Of a stretch of DNA of 41,460 bases, positions 17,823 to 27,450 are shown in pieces. The DNA lies in IMG/VR virus record IMGVR_UViG_2579778753_000003, one strand, 5' to 3'. The translations under genes were made by a program, and so were the position numbers. This DNA is from a virus (taxonomy: Duplodnaviria > Heunggongvirae > Uroviricota > Caudoviricetes). Below the pieces are notes generated by a model, which saw only the letters and a program-made list of their open reading frames with translations, did not search any database and had not been told where the DNA came from. Each line of letters begins with the position of its first letter. Position 1 is the first letter of the stretch.

Positions 17823-18326
17823 GTGAACCCCATGAGTATGGTTGCCAGAACCAACCCCGGCCCCGCAGAGGACGACATCACCGATACCGATGATGGTGAT
17901 ACCCGTATTTCAGCGGGTGCATTCTGGCCGGATATTGTGCTGCGTGAACTGCGTCTGGCGGTACGACTGCCGGGCCGTGTGACCACCTCCCGCCTGCTGC
18001 ATACCGCCACCGGGGCCGTGGCACACGTTACCCGCGAGCTGGAAGCGTGGCAGCAGGAACAGCAGGCGGCTGGCCATCAGACGCTGGCCGATGTTCCGGC
18101 ACCCGTAATTAACGGAGAAAGCGTCAATCTCTGGCACTGGCGCAATGCGGTTTACACCGCCACACGCGCCCTGATTCTGGAGCGTTACCGCGATGCGGAC
18201 ACAACGGACAAGGGCGACCGCCGGGCGGACGCACTGGATATACAGACATCGGATTTGTGGCGCGATGTGAGCTGGGCCATCTCTGACATTCTGTGCCGCC
18301 CGCGAATCTTTGCGGAGTTGTGCTGA
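17823..18326 (+). CDS. L: Head completion / stabilisation protein (P2 gpL-like)
   Basis: 167 aa at the gpL position between the small terminase and lysis genes. Confidence 0.75.
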   Translation: MNPMSMVARTNPGPAEDDITDTDDGDTRISAGAFWPDIVLRELRLAVRLPGRVTTSRLLHTATGAVAHVTRELEAWQQEQQAAGHQTLADVPAPVINGESVNLWHWRNAVYTATRALILERYRDADTTDKGDRRADALDIQTSDLWRDVSWAISDILCRPRIFAELC

Positions 18327-18526
18327 TGAAAGTGAAGGTACTGGAAGGCGACACCGTGGATTCGCTCTGTTTCCGGTACTACGGCACGACGCAGGGCGTC
18401 ACCGAAAAGGTGCTGGATGCCAACCCCGGACTCTGTCAGCAGGTATTTCTGGACGCCGGGCAGGAAGTGGAGATGCCGGAGCCGGAGAAGAAGAAACGAG
18501 AAATGATTCAGTTGTGGGGGGAGTAG
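18326..18526 (+). CDS. Tail protein X-like small protein
   Basis: ATG at 18326 overlapping the previous stop; 66 aa (MKVKVLEGDTVDSLCFRYYG...). Confidence 0.6.
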   Translation: MKVKVLEGDTVDSLCFRYYGTTQGVTEKVLDANPGLCQQVFLDAGQEVEMPEPEKKKREMIQLWGE

Positions 18527-18528
18527 CA

Positions 18529-18852
18529 GTGAGCACCATTCAAACAGGGATCACAGAGCAGGTTATTGCGTGGCTCTTTGACCACCTGCCAACGGTGTAT
18601 GCAGTAGGCGCGGCGGTCAGCATTTCCGCGCTGATGAGTCTTTATGACGGACGAACACTGGTTCAGACCGTAACGGGATCGCTGGCGTGCGGCGTTCTTG
18701 CCATGGCCGTGGCCGGGTCGTTGCGCTTCTTCGGTTTTCCTGAAGATGCCGTGACGTTTATCGGCGCATCAATCGGTTTTATGGGGGCAGAGAAAGCACG
18801 CGACAAGGTTATTGCGGCCTTTAATCGCAGGGTGAAGGAGAAGGACGAATGA
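18529..18852 (+). CDS. Holin (putative)
   Basis: GTG start with GGGGGAG Shine-Dalgarno; about 107 aa with hydrophobic helices (VYAVGAAVSISALMSLY, LACGVLAMAVAGSLRFF); sits before the endolysin. Confidence 0.55.
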   Translation: MSTIQTGITEQVIAWLFDHLPTVYAVGAAVSISALMSLYDGRTLVQTVTGSLACGVLAMAVAGSLRFFGFPEDAVTFIGASIGFMGAEKARDKVIAAFNRRVKEKDE

Positions 18853-19241
18853 GCAACACATTTAAATTCAGCAGCCGGAGCGAAAAGAATTTGCAGGGCG
18901 TAAATCCTGATCTGGTGAAAGTGACCCGACGGGCACTGGAAATTTCGAAAGTGGATTTTGGTATCACCGAAGGGTTGCGCAGCCGTTACCGCCAGAAGCA
19001 ACTTGTGGCCACAGGTAAGAGCCAGACCATGAACAGCCGCCACCTTACGGGACATGCCGTGGATGTTGTGGCTTATATCGGCAGCCAGGTGTCATGGGAA
19101 TGGCCGCTGTACGAAAAAATCGCAGCCGCATTCAGACAGGCCAGCCGGGAACTGAATATTCCGGTGGAATGGGGCGGCGACTGGAAGACCCTGAAAGACG
19201 GACCGCATTTTCAGTTACCACACGGAGCCTATCCGGCATGA
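18849..19241 (+). CDS. Endolysin, zinc peptidase (M15-like L-alanyl-D-glutamate peptidase type)
   Basis: 130 aa with SRHLTGHAVDV (HxxGxAxD-type metal motif); located in the lysis cassette. Confidence 0.7.
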   Translation: MSNTFKFSSRSEKNLQGVNPDLVKVTRRALEISKVDFGITEGLRSRYRQKQLVATGKSQTMNSRHLTGHAVDVVAYIGSQVSWEWPLYEKIAAAFRQASRELNIPVEWGGDWKTLKDGPHFQLPHGAYPA

Positions 19242-19645
19242 AGCTCTGGCCAACGCTTGGCGTCGCTTTCCTTCTGATTGCCGGATGGGGAACATCCATG
19301 CGTCTGTCATGGTCGCTGGGCCGGGAGAACGCCAGAAACGAAGCGCAGGCCAGCACCCTGAAACGTACCGCCGACACCCTGAATATCATCAGCGCCGGGG
19401 TACAGGATATGCAGCAGGTGCTGGCGCAACTCCGCGTGGAAAATCAGCAACGCAATCAGGACGGAGAGGCAAGACGTGAACAGCTACGCAACGATATTGC
19501 AAAAGATGAATGCGCCCACGCTTTGCCTGACGTTCGTTTTACTGACAGGCTGCGCAGGCACGCAGAACGCGCTACGGCCAGCGCCGTCAGTCCGGCTTAT
19601 ACCGCAGACGCTGACCATACCGGTAACGCCTCCCCCCTTCCCTGA
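19238..19645 (+). CDS. Rz-like inner-membrane spanin
   Basis: N-terminal membrane helix (MKLWPTLGVAFLLIAGWG) then a coiled-coil-like region; carries an embedded out-of-frame lipoprotein gene. Confidence 0.6.
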   Translation: MKLWPTLGVAFLLIAGWGTSMRLSWSLGRENARNEAQASTLKRTADTLNIISAGVQDMQQVLAQLRVENQQRNQDGEARREQLRNDIAKDECAHALPDVRFTDRLRRHAERATASAVSPAYTADADHTGNASPLP

Positions 19646-19796
19646 CACTCCCACATGGGGAAATCTCGGTATATGGGGCGACCGCCTTCTGGATGCACTG
19701 GAAACCTGTAACGCGGATAAACGGGCCATTGAATTACTGGAACAGCGCAGGCTGCAACGACTGAACAACGAGGACAACAACCATGCTGAAAACTGA
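19506..19796 (+). CDS. Rz1-like outer-membrane lipoprotein spanin
   Basis: MNAPTLCLTFVLLTGCAG (lipobox LTGC), proline-rich, overlapping the Rz-like gene in another frame. Confidence 0.55.
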   Translation: MNAPTLCLTFVLLTGCAGTQNALRPAPSVRLIPQTLTIPVTPPPFPDTPTWGNLGIWGDRLLDALETCNADKRAIELLEQRRLQRLNNEDNNHAEN

Positions 19797-20250
19797 TTCC
19801 CTGCGTGAAGCCATGACCCGTTCATGCCGATGGTGTCAGGCCAACCCGGAAAAATTCACCATTTTCGTGGAGAGCGGCAACATTGAAACGACCGGAGAAA
19901 CGCCCTCGTTTGTTTACCGCTATCAGATGGTGATGTTTGTCATGGATTACGCCGGGGAGCTGGACGACCTCACGTTGCCGCTACTGGCGTGGTTATCCGA
20001 AAATCAGCCACAGTTGTTGCTCAATCCGGAGCGTAATCAGGACATCAAATTTTCCGCCGTTATCAATGACGATGACAGCGCCGATCTCCTGTTTACGCTC
20101 CCCCTGCGGGAACGCGTTCGCATTACGCGCAACAGTCAGGGCACACCGCAGGCAGAACACCTGCCGGAGCCAAAACCCCGTCTGCCCTCTTCCGAAGGCG
20201 ACTGGTCACATGTATTCCAGGATGTGACGTGGGGTGAAAGCGATGGATAA
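19783..20250 (+). CDS. R: Tail completion protein (P2 gpR-like)
   Basis: 155 aa at the gpR position. Confidence 0.75.
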   Translation: MLKTDSLREAMTRSCRWCQANPEKFTIFVESGNIETTGETPSFVYRYQMVMFVMDYAGELDDLTLPLLAWLSENQPQLLLNPERNQDIKFSAVINDDDSADLLFTLPLRERVRITRNSQGTPQAEHLPEPKPRLPSSEGDWSHVFQDVTWGESDG

Positions 20251-20878
20251 GGCATTCACCCGTGTGGATGAAACCTTTGAGGCCATCCGCGACAGCCTGA
20301 ATCAGCAGGCCATCAATAACATCGCCAGAAAGCTGGCACAGGATTTACGCCGCGCCCAGCAGGCACGTATCCGGTCACAGAAAGCGCCGGACGGGACCGC
20401 GTGGACACCTCGCAGACGCCGCGTAACCCGGATACAGGAGCGCATTCGCTTTATCTGGAATAACGAAGCACGCACGCTGAAAAACTGGCATCACGACACG
20501 GGGAAATACGGGCGAACCATTACCGGGTGGGATGAGGATAAAAACAATATCCGCACGTTTTACCGGGATGACATCGACCGTTTTCTGGAAATACGCACCC
20601 GGCGCATCAACCAGGACAGCACAAAGCGCGTCCCCATGTTCGTAAAACTGCGCACCGCCCGCTACCTGAAAGCCCGTGCAAATGCTTCCGGTGTGACGGT
20701 GGGTTACAGCGGCGTGGCCGCACGTATTGCACGCGTTCATCAGTTCGGTGAGCGCGATCAGGTTGCGCCGGGCATTTTCACCGATTACCCGGTACGTGAG
20801 CTGCTGGGTATCAGCCAGGCAGATGAACGCCTGATTTATAACACGGTGCTGGGCCGGATTGCGGAGGCTGTACGGTGA
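20234..20878 (+). CDS. S: Tail completion / virion morphogenesis protein (P2 gpS-like)
   Basis: About 211-214 aa at the gpS position (alternative start at 20243). Confidence 0.75.
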   Translation: MKAMDKAFTRVDETFEAIRDSLNQQAINNIARKLAQDLRRAQQARIRSQKAPDGTAWTPRRRRVTRIQERIRFIWNNEARTLKNWHHDTGKYGRTITGWDEDKNNIRTFYRDDIDRFLEIRTRRINQDSTKRVPMFVKLRTARYLKARANASGVTVGYSGVAARIARVHQFGERDQVAPGIFTDYPVRELLGISQADERLIYNTVLGRIAEAVR

Positions 20879-21456
20879 GCGCAGAACTCATGCGACTGCT
20901 GAGCAACATCATCCGCACCGGGATCATCTCTGAAGTTGATGAGGAATCCTGGTGCGTGCGCGTTCGCAGCGGCGAACTGGAAACAGGCTGGTTGCGCTGG
21001 AACACCACGCGCGCGGGAGCCTTCAATGTGTGGCTGCCGCCATCACCAGGCGAACAGGTGGTAATTGCCTGCATTGGCGGCAACCCGGAAACCGCCATGA
21101 TAATTGGCAGCCTGTGGAGTGATGCCATTCCGGCCCCCGGCAAAAGCCTGAAAGAAATCGTGGTCAGCGCGCCGGATGGCGCGGTGTTCCGCTACGACGC
21201 GGCCGCAGGCGCACTGAGCGCCAGCGGCATGAAAACAGCCACCCTGCAGGCATCCGTCAGCGTGACACTGGACACGCCCGTCGTGGAATGCACAGACCTT
21301 CTGAGAACGGCGACGCTTGACGTCACAAAAGGGGGAAAGATGAGCGGCAATATCACGCACAGCGGCGGCAATTTCACCTCAAACGGCATCACAGTGCATA
21401 CGCATAAACACGGTGGCGTTAAAGGTGGCAGCGATTCGACAGGAGGCCCGCAGTGA
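20875..21456 (+). CDS. V: Baseplate spike protein (P2 gpV-like)
   Basis: 193 aa with a glycine-rich C-terminus (HTHKHGGVKGGSDSTGG); gpV position. Confidence 0.85.
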   Translation: MSAELMRLLSNIIRTGIISEVDEESWCVRVRSGELETGWLRWNTTRAGAFNVWLPPSPGEQVVIACIGGNPETAMIIGSLWSDAIPAPGKSLKEIVVSAPDGAVFRYDAAAGALSASGMKTATLQASVSVTLDTPVVECTDLLRTATLDVTKGGKMSGNITHSGGNFTSNGITVHTHKHGGVKGGSDSTGGPQ

Positions 21457-21803
21457 CAACCCGCTACACAGGAATGAACCCGGACGGAACGGGAAACCTG
21501 AACGATATGGAGCACCTGAAACAGTCAGTCAGGGACATCCTGACCACCCCGCTGGCCAGCCGGGTTATGCGACGGGAATATGGCAGCCTTGTGCCTGATT
21601 TGATTGACGAACCCATGAATAACACCACGCGTCTGCAATGCATGAGTGCTGCCGTGATTGCGCTGACACGATGGGAACCCCGCATTGCCCTGGATGCCAT
21701 CGACGTTGTCTGGAAAGCGGGAGGCCGCGCCGGGGTGACGCTGTCGGGCACTGTCATGCAGACCATGCAGAATGTTGAGTTAACCATCACGCTGAGGGAG
21801 TAA
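21453..21803 (+). CDS. W: Baseplate protein (P2 gpW-like)
   Basis: 116 aa, overlapping start and stop with neighbours; gpW position. Confidence 0.85.
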   Translation: MTTRYTGMNPDGTGNLNDMEHLKQSVRDILTTPLASRVMRREYGSLVPDLIDEPMNNTTRLQCMSAAVIALTRWEPRIALDAIDVVWKAGGRAGVTLSGTVMQTMQNVELTITLRE

Positions 21804-21806
21804 ATC

Positions 21807-22703
21807 ATGCCCGCCGTTGACCTTTCCCAGTTACCGGACCCCGCCATCATCGCGGAGCCTGACTTTGAAGCAATTCTGGCTGACACAAAAGCCATGATGA
21901 TTGCGTCCTATCCCGCCGAACAGCGTGAAGCCGTTTCCGCCGCGCTGGAGCTGGAATCGGAACCCCTTAACGTTATCGCTCAAACCATGTCGTTTCGTGA
22001 AATGCTGTTACGCCAGCGGGTTAATGAGGGCGCACGCGCCTGTATGTTAAGCCACGGTTCAGGGACAAACCTGGACAACCTCGCGGGCAATATGAACACA
22101 AAGCGCCTGGTTATCACTCCGGCAACGGATACCACCGACGCGGTGATGGAGAGCGACACCTCGCTGAGACTGCGGGCGCAGCGGGCGTACGACGGCCTGA
22201 GTGTTGCTGGCCCGTCAGGTGCATACGAGTATTTTGCCCGCAGCGCCAGCGGTCTGGTGCGTGATGCGCGGGCTATCAGCCCGTCTCCGGCAAATGTGAC
22301 GGTTTCCATCCTGTCCACTGAGGGCGACGGCACAGCAACGGAGGCGTTGCTTAATACCGTTCGCGCCGTTCTGAATGCAGAGGATACCCGCCCGGTGGCC
22401 GACCGACTGACCGTACAGAGCGCCAGCATCGTGACATGGCGGCTGAATGCAAAACTGTACTTTTACCCCGGTCCGGAATCCGAACCTATTCTGGCCGCGG
22501 CGGAATCGTCATTCAGGAAGTGGCTGGCTGAACAGGGGCTTATCGGTCAGGACGTGGCGTTGTCCGCCATTGCTGCCGCACTTCATGTACACGGCGTGCA
22601 ACGCGTGGAGATAATCGAACCCACACAGAATATGGCCATCAGCGACATACAGGCGGCGCGCTGTGAGTCATTCACCATCAGCGAAGGTGGGCGTAATGAG
22701 TAA
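21807..22703 (+). CDS. J: Baseplate protein (P2 gpJ-like)
   Basis: 298 aa at the gpJ position. Confidence 0.85.
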   Translation: MPAVDLSQLPDPAIIAEPDFEAILADTKAMMIASYPAEQREAVSAALELESEPLNVIAQTMSFREMLLRQRVNEGARACMLSHGSGTNLDNLAGNMNTKRLVITPATDTTDAVMESDTSLRLRAQRAYDGLSVAGPSGAYEYFARSASGLVRDARAISPSPANVTVSILSTEGDGTATEALLNTVRAVLNAEDTRPVADRLTVQSASIVTWRLNAKLYFYPGPESEPILAAAESSFRKWLAEQGLIGQDVALSAIAAALHVHGVQRVEIIEPTQNMAISDIQAARCESFTISEGGRNE

Positions 22704-23226
22704 TTCACTGTTACCGCCATCAGCCAGCAGTTTCATGCGTTGTGCCGAAGCTGTCGGAACGCGCATTACAGACATCCCGGTAGACCTCAACACACTGTGG
22801 TCGCCGGATACCTGCCCGGTGCATCTGCTGCCTTATCTCGCCTGGGCATTTTCCGTTGACCGCTGGGATCGCAACTGGCCGGAAGAGACAAAGCGACAGG
22901 TTATTCGTGATGCATGGCTGATACACCGACACAAAGGGACCATCAGCGCACTGCGCAGGGCCATTGAACCACTGGGATACCTCATTCGCGTGTCTGAGTG
23001 GTGGGAGTTCGGCGGAGAACCGGGAACATTTACCGTTGAAGTCGGCACACTGGACAGTGGTGTGACGGAGGAAATGTATCTGGAAATGGAGCGGTTGATT
23101 GCTGATGCCCGTCCGGTCAGCCGCCACATGACAGGGCTGAATATCATTCAGGAAATTCCGGGGGATATTTTCGCAGCGGCGGCAACTTATGACGGTGAAG
23201 TTATTACCATTTATCCAGGCGATTAA
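22696..23226 (+). CDS. I: Baseplate / tail protein (P2 gpI-like)
   Basis: ATG at 22696 overlapping the previous gene; about 176 aa. Confidence 0.8.
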   Translation: MSNSLLPPSASSFMRCAEAVGTRITDIPVDLNTLWSPDTCPVHLLPYLAWAFSVDRWDRNWPEETKRQVIRDAWLIHRHKGTISALRRAIEPLGYLIRVSEWWEFGGEPGTFTVEVGTLDSGVTEEMYLEMERLIADARPVSRHMTGLNIIQEIPGDIFAAAATYDGEVITIYPGD

Positions 23227-23228
23227 GT

Positions 23229-25331
23229 ATGAGTACCACAACACGAAAATTTAAAACCGTTATCACCGATACGGGTGCAAAAAAATTAGCTCAGGCAGCC
23301 GCGCCAGATGGTAAGCCTGTCCGCCTGACTCATATGGCCGTGGGCGACGGTGGCGGCACGTTGCCCACACCAGACAGTAAGCAGACCCGTCTGGTGCATG
23401 AGGTGTGGCGACACACTGTTAATCGCGTCATCCTGGACGCAACACATCAGAACCGCATTATTGCGGAGCTGGTTATTCCTCCTGAAACGGGCGGATTCTG
23501 GATCCGGGAAATTGGTGTATTTGATGAGCACGGCGATTTAATCGCGGTGGGCAATACTGCCGAAAGTTACAAACCAACCGTTGCCGAAGGGTCCGGACGT
23601 GCGCAAACATTTCGCACCATTCTGACCGTATCCAGCACTGCCACCGTGGCGCTTACCGTGGATAACACCATGGTGATGGCCACAGTGGATTACGTGGATG
23701 ACAAACTGAAAGAGCATGAACAGTCACGACGTCACCCGGATGCCTCGCTGACCGCAAAAGGCTTTGTTCAACTCAGTAGCGCCACTAACAGCGATTCTGA
23801 AACGCTGGCTGCAACGCCGAAAGCGGTTAAGGCCGCGTATGACCTGGCTAACGGAAAATATACCGCTCAGGACGCCACGACGGCACGAAAAGGGATAGTC
23901 CAGCTCAGCAGTGCAACCAACAGCACGTCTGAAACGCTGGCAGCGACACCAAAAGCGGTTAAGGCGGTAATGGATGAAACGAACAAGAAAGCCCCATTAA
24001 ACAGCCCGGCACTGACCGGAACGCCAACAACACCAACTGCACAACAGGGAACGAATAATACCCAAATCGCAAGCACGGCTTTCGTTATGGCCGCGATTGC
24101 CGCACTTGTAGACTCTTCACCTGACGCACTGAACACGCTGAACGAGCTGGCGGCGGCGCTGGGCAACGACCCGAATTTTGCGACCACCATGACTAACGCG
24201 CTTGCGGGTAAGCAACCGAAAGATGCCACCCTGACGGCGCTGGCCGGGCTTGCTACTGCAGCAGACAGGTTTCCGTATTTTACGGGGAATGATGTTGCCA
24301 GTCTGGCAACCCTGACAGAAGTCGGGCGGGATATTCTTGCGAAATCGACCGTTGCCGCTGTTATCGAATACCTCGGTTTACAGGAAACGGTAAATCAGGC
24401 TTCTGGCGCATTACAGAAAAACCAGAACGGCGCAGATATTCCGGGAAAAGATACCTTCACCAAAAATATTGGGGCCTGCCGCGCATATAGCGCATGGCTG
24501 GATATTGGTGGCGATAGTCAGGTCTGGACAACCGCGCAATTTATTTCGTGGCTGGAGAGTCAGGGAGCATTTAACCATCCTTACTGGATGTGCAAAGGCT
24601 CATGGGCTTATGCAAATAATAAGGTCATTACAGATACAGGTTGCGGAAATATTTGTCTTGCAGGTGCTGTGGTGGAAGTTATTGGCACTCGCGGCGCAAT
24701 GACCATACGCGTTACCACGCCGAGCACGTCCAGCGGTGGCGGAATTACTAACGCTCAATTCACTTATATTAATCATGGTGATGCTTACGCTCCTGGCTGG
24801 CGACGAGACTACAACACGAAAAATCAACAACCTGCATTTGCTTTAGGGCAAACAGGAAGCACTGTCGGAAATGATAAAGCTGTTGGCTGGAACTGGAATA
24901 GCGGGGTCTATAACGCAAACATTGGTGGCGCATCGACATTAATCCTCCACTTCAATATGAATACGGGGAGCTGCCCTGCTGTACAGTTCCGCGTGAATTA
25001 CAGGAACGGCGGTATTTTTTATCGTTCAGCGCGTGATGGTTATGGATTTGAGGCTGACTGGTCAGAGTTTTACACCACGACCCGCAAACCCTCTGCGGGA
25101 GATGTTGGTGCATACACGCAGGCAGAATGTAACTCAAGGTTTATTACAGGTATTCGCCTTGGCGGTCTGTCATCTGTTCAGACATGGAATGGTCCCGGCT
25201 GGTCTGACAGGTCAGGTTATGTCGTTACGGGTTCAGTTAACGGAAACCGTGATGAATTAATTGATACAACTCAGGCAAGGCCAATTCAGTATTGCATTAA
25301 TGGGACGTGGTATAACGCGGGGAGTATTTAA
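23229..25331 (+). CDS. H: Tail fibre protein (gpH-like), constant N-terminus fused to variable C-terminal cassette 1
   Basis: 700 aa with SSATNS.SETLAATPKAVKA repeats; a recombination site at 24361-24386 lies in-frame (encoding [10 protein letters not shown]). Confidence 0.85.
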   Translation: MSTTTRKFKTVITDTGAKKLAQAAAPDGKPVRLTHMAVGDGGGTLPTPDSKQTRLVHEVWRHTVNRVILDATHQNRIIAELVIPPETGGFWIREIGVFDEHGDLIAVGNTAESYKPTVAEGSGRAQTFRTILTVSSTATVALTVDNTMVMATVDYVDDKLKEHEQSRRHPDASLTAKGFVQLSSATNSDSETLAATPKAVKAAYDLANGKYTAQDATTARKGIVQLSSATNSTSETLAATPKAVKAVMDETNKKAPLNSPALTGTPTTPTAQQGTNNTQIASTAFVMAAIAALVDSSPDALNTLNELAAALGNDPNFATTMTNALAGKQPKDATLTALAGLATAADRFPYFTGNDVASLATLTEVGRDILAKSTVAAVIEYLGLQETVNQASGALQKNQNGADIPGKDTFTKNIGACRAYSAWLDIGGDSQVWTTAQFISWLESQGAFNHPYWMCKGSWAYANNKVITDTGCGNICLAGAVVEVIGTRGAMTIRVTTPSTSSGGGITNAQFTYINHGDAYAPGWRRDYNTKNQQPAFALGQTGSTVGNDKAVGWNWNSGVYNANIGGASTLILHFNMNTGSCPAVQFRVNYRNGGIFYRSARDGYGFEADWSEFYTTTRKPSAGDVGAYTQAECNSRFITGIRLGGLSSVQTWNGPGWSDRSGYVVTGSVNGNRDELIDTTQARPIQYCINGTWYNAGSI
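24361..24386. other. Invertase crossover site gixL-like
   Basis: ttatcgaatacc-tc-ggtttacaggaa, matching the recalled Gin/Cin/Pin site (ttatccaaaacc-tc-ggtttacaggaa). Confidence 0.7.
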
Positions 25332-25333
25332 CG

Positions 25334-25867
25334 ATGATGCACTTAAAAAACATTACTGCTGGCAACCCTAAAACAAAAGAGCAATACCAGCTAACGAAAC
25401 AATTTAACATCAAATGGCTTTATTCAGAGAATGGAAAAAACTGGTATGAGGAACAAAAGAATTTCCAGCCAGACACTTTGAAAATGGTCTATGACCATAA
25501 CGGCGTTATTATTTGTATTGAAAAGGATGTTTCAGCAATTAATCCGGAAGGCGCAAGCGTCGTTGAATTACCTGATATTACAGCAAATCGCCGTGCTGAC
25601 ATTTCGGGTAAATGGATGTTCAAAGATGGCGTAGTGGTAAAGCGAACTTATACCGAGGAAGAGCAGAGGCAGCAGGCGGAAAATGAAAAGCAAAGCCTGC
25701 TACAGCTCGTTAGGGATAAAACCCAGCTATGGGACTCACAGCTACGGCTGGGCATCATTTCCGACGAGAATAAACAAAAATTAACCGAGTGGATGCTCTA
25801 TGCGCAGAAAGTCGAATCTACAGACACCTCCAGCCTGCCAGTAACATTTCCCGAACAACCTGAATGA
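25334..25867 (+). CDS. G: Tail fibre assembly protein (gpG-like), partner of cassette 1
   Basis: 177 aa immediately after the tail fibre gene. Confidence 0.85.
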   Translation: MMHLKNITAGNPKTKEQYQLTKQFNIKWLYSENGKNWYEEQKNFQPDTLKMVYDHNGVIICIEKDVSAINPEGASVVELPDITANRRADISGKWMFKDGVVVKRTYTEEEQRQQAENEKQSLLQLVRDKTQLWDSQLRLGIISDENKQKLTEWMLYAQKVESTDTSSLPVTFPEQPE

Positions 25868-25895
25868 GACAAGGCCCGATAGCGGGCCTTAATTT

Positions 25896-26423
25896 TTATT
25901 CAGGCTTTTGTGGCCATTCAGGATTTGCCGTATCCACACGGCTGACCAGAACACTGTAGCGTTCCCATGCTTCCAGTCGTGTGCGTTCCTCGTCTGTTGC
26001 CATATTCAGCCTGACAGCGCGTTCCAGCGGCTGGATGACTGATTCAGCTTCGGAAAGCAATGCGGCCTTTTGTGATTCGGCTTGTTGTTGCTGTTCGTCT
26101 GCCGTATAAATCCGTTTAACTACAGCTCCATCCTTAAACATCCACTTTCCTGAATCATCAGCGCGGCGGTTGGCTGTAATATCTGGAACCTCAACGACGC
26201 TAAAACCTTCAGGGTTAAGCGTGGAGGCATCTTTAGTGATGGCGACAATAATATTATTTGCATCGTAAACAATCTTTATTGTGTCTGGCTGAAAGTTTTT
26301 CACTTCCTCATACCAGTTTTTTCCGTCCTCAGAGTAAAGCCAGATAACTCCGTGTTTCTTTGTTAACTCATACTGTTCCAGTGTTTTAGCGTTACCCGCT
26401 TTTATGTTCTTTAAGTGCATCAT
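25896..26423 (-). CDS. Alternative tail fibre assembly protein, partner of cassette 2
   Basis: 175 aa, about 50% identical to the gpG-like protein (MMHLKNI.AGN.KT.EQY.LTK...), inverted orientation. Confidence 0.8.
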   Translation of the reverse strand: MMHLKNIKAGNAKTLEQYELTKKHGVIWLYSEDGKNWYEEVKNFQPDTIKIVYDANNIIVAITKDASTLNPEGFSVVEVPDITANRRADDSGKWMFKDGAVVKRIYTADEQQQQAESQKAALLSEAESVIQPLERAVRLNMATDEERTRLEAWERYSVLVSRVDTANPEWPQKPE

Positions 26424-26424
26424 A

Positions 26425-27449
26425 TTAAACGCTCGCTACATTATACCAGGTGCCATTTATATACTTTTGAACGGGTCTGTAATAAACGCCCGCTATATTA
26501 TCGGCAGAGTTGGACCCTGTATCCTGAACATTAATACCAGACAATACATGACCTGACGGGCACTGGAAATTCCATGTTTGCCAGTTGTTCACTCTATAAT
26601 ATTGCTGTGAACCAAGTCGAACATCTTTCACATATCTGGAATCAAAATTGCCATAGTTGCCGGGAATAACTTGCGCACCGCAAAGCCAGTTTCCGTTATT
26701 ATCCATGTACGCCTGACCATCGGTGCCATTGGCTGTCCTTGAATTATTAATCATGTAGATGCCAAATTGCTTATTTCCCAGACCGCCAATCATAAATTTG
26801 CGGTCGGCATGGTCCTGACGGAGCAAAGCCTGAGCACCATCAGTGGATACCGCATTACGTCCCATAATAACGTTCTGGTCACGCATATGAATCCACATGC
26901 CTGTACTGCTGTTAATTAAAAAACGGTTTGCAAATATATCTCCTGTAACATCCAGACCATGCCCCATAGTTATGCGACCAGTTCTGAGATTAAGCGTAAA
27001 GGGGCGTAGTGGCCCTATATCGCCATTTTCCCCCTCATTTTCTCGGGTAGGGATGATATGAAGACATTCTTCAGAACGGCGAAAAATAGCACCAAAAGAT
27101 GAATTAAATATCCTCAGTGCATTGACTGTCGATATTTTTACTTCACTGCTGAAAAGGGCTTTAACAAGAACAGACAAAGCATCCCATTTAAGATTCATCA
27201 GGTCTTTTGTTGTGGTGCTTTGTTTGCTTCTCCATTTGAAATATTCATTGCCGTTGTCGCCTGTTTCAAACCACATGTATGAATCAGTATCGCTGTCGGC
27301 ATCATTTTTAAAACCAATCTTTGCCCAGTCAGTATTCCGAATCCAGGCAAGGATTGAGTCGTTTTCAAAAGTAAGCCCACCGGACAAGATATCGCCTGTC
27401 TTTTGGACGGCGTTACCAGCCTTGTTTACCGTTTCCTGTAAACCGAGGT
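26425..27449 (-). CDS. Alternative tail fibre C-terminal cassette 2 (promoterless in this orientation)
   Basis: Frame is open from the centre through ...[30 protein letters not shown]...; no ATG start; would fuse to the constant tail-fibre N-terminus after inversion. Confidence 0.7.
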
Positions 27450-27450
27450 A

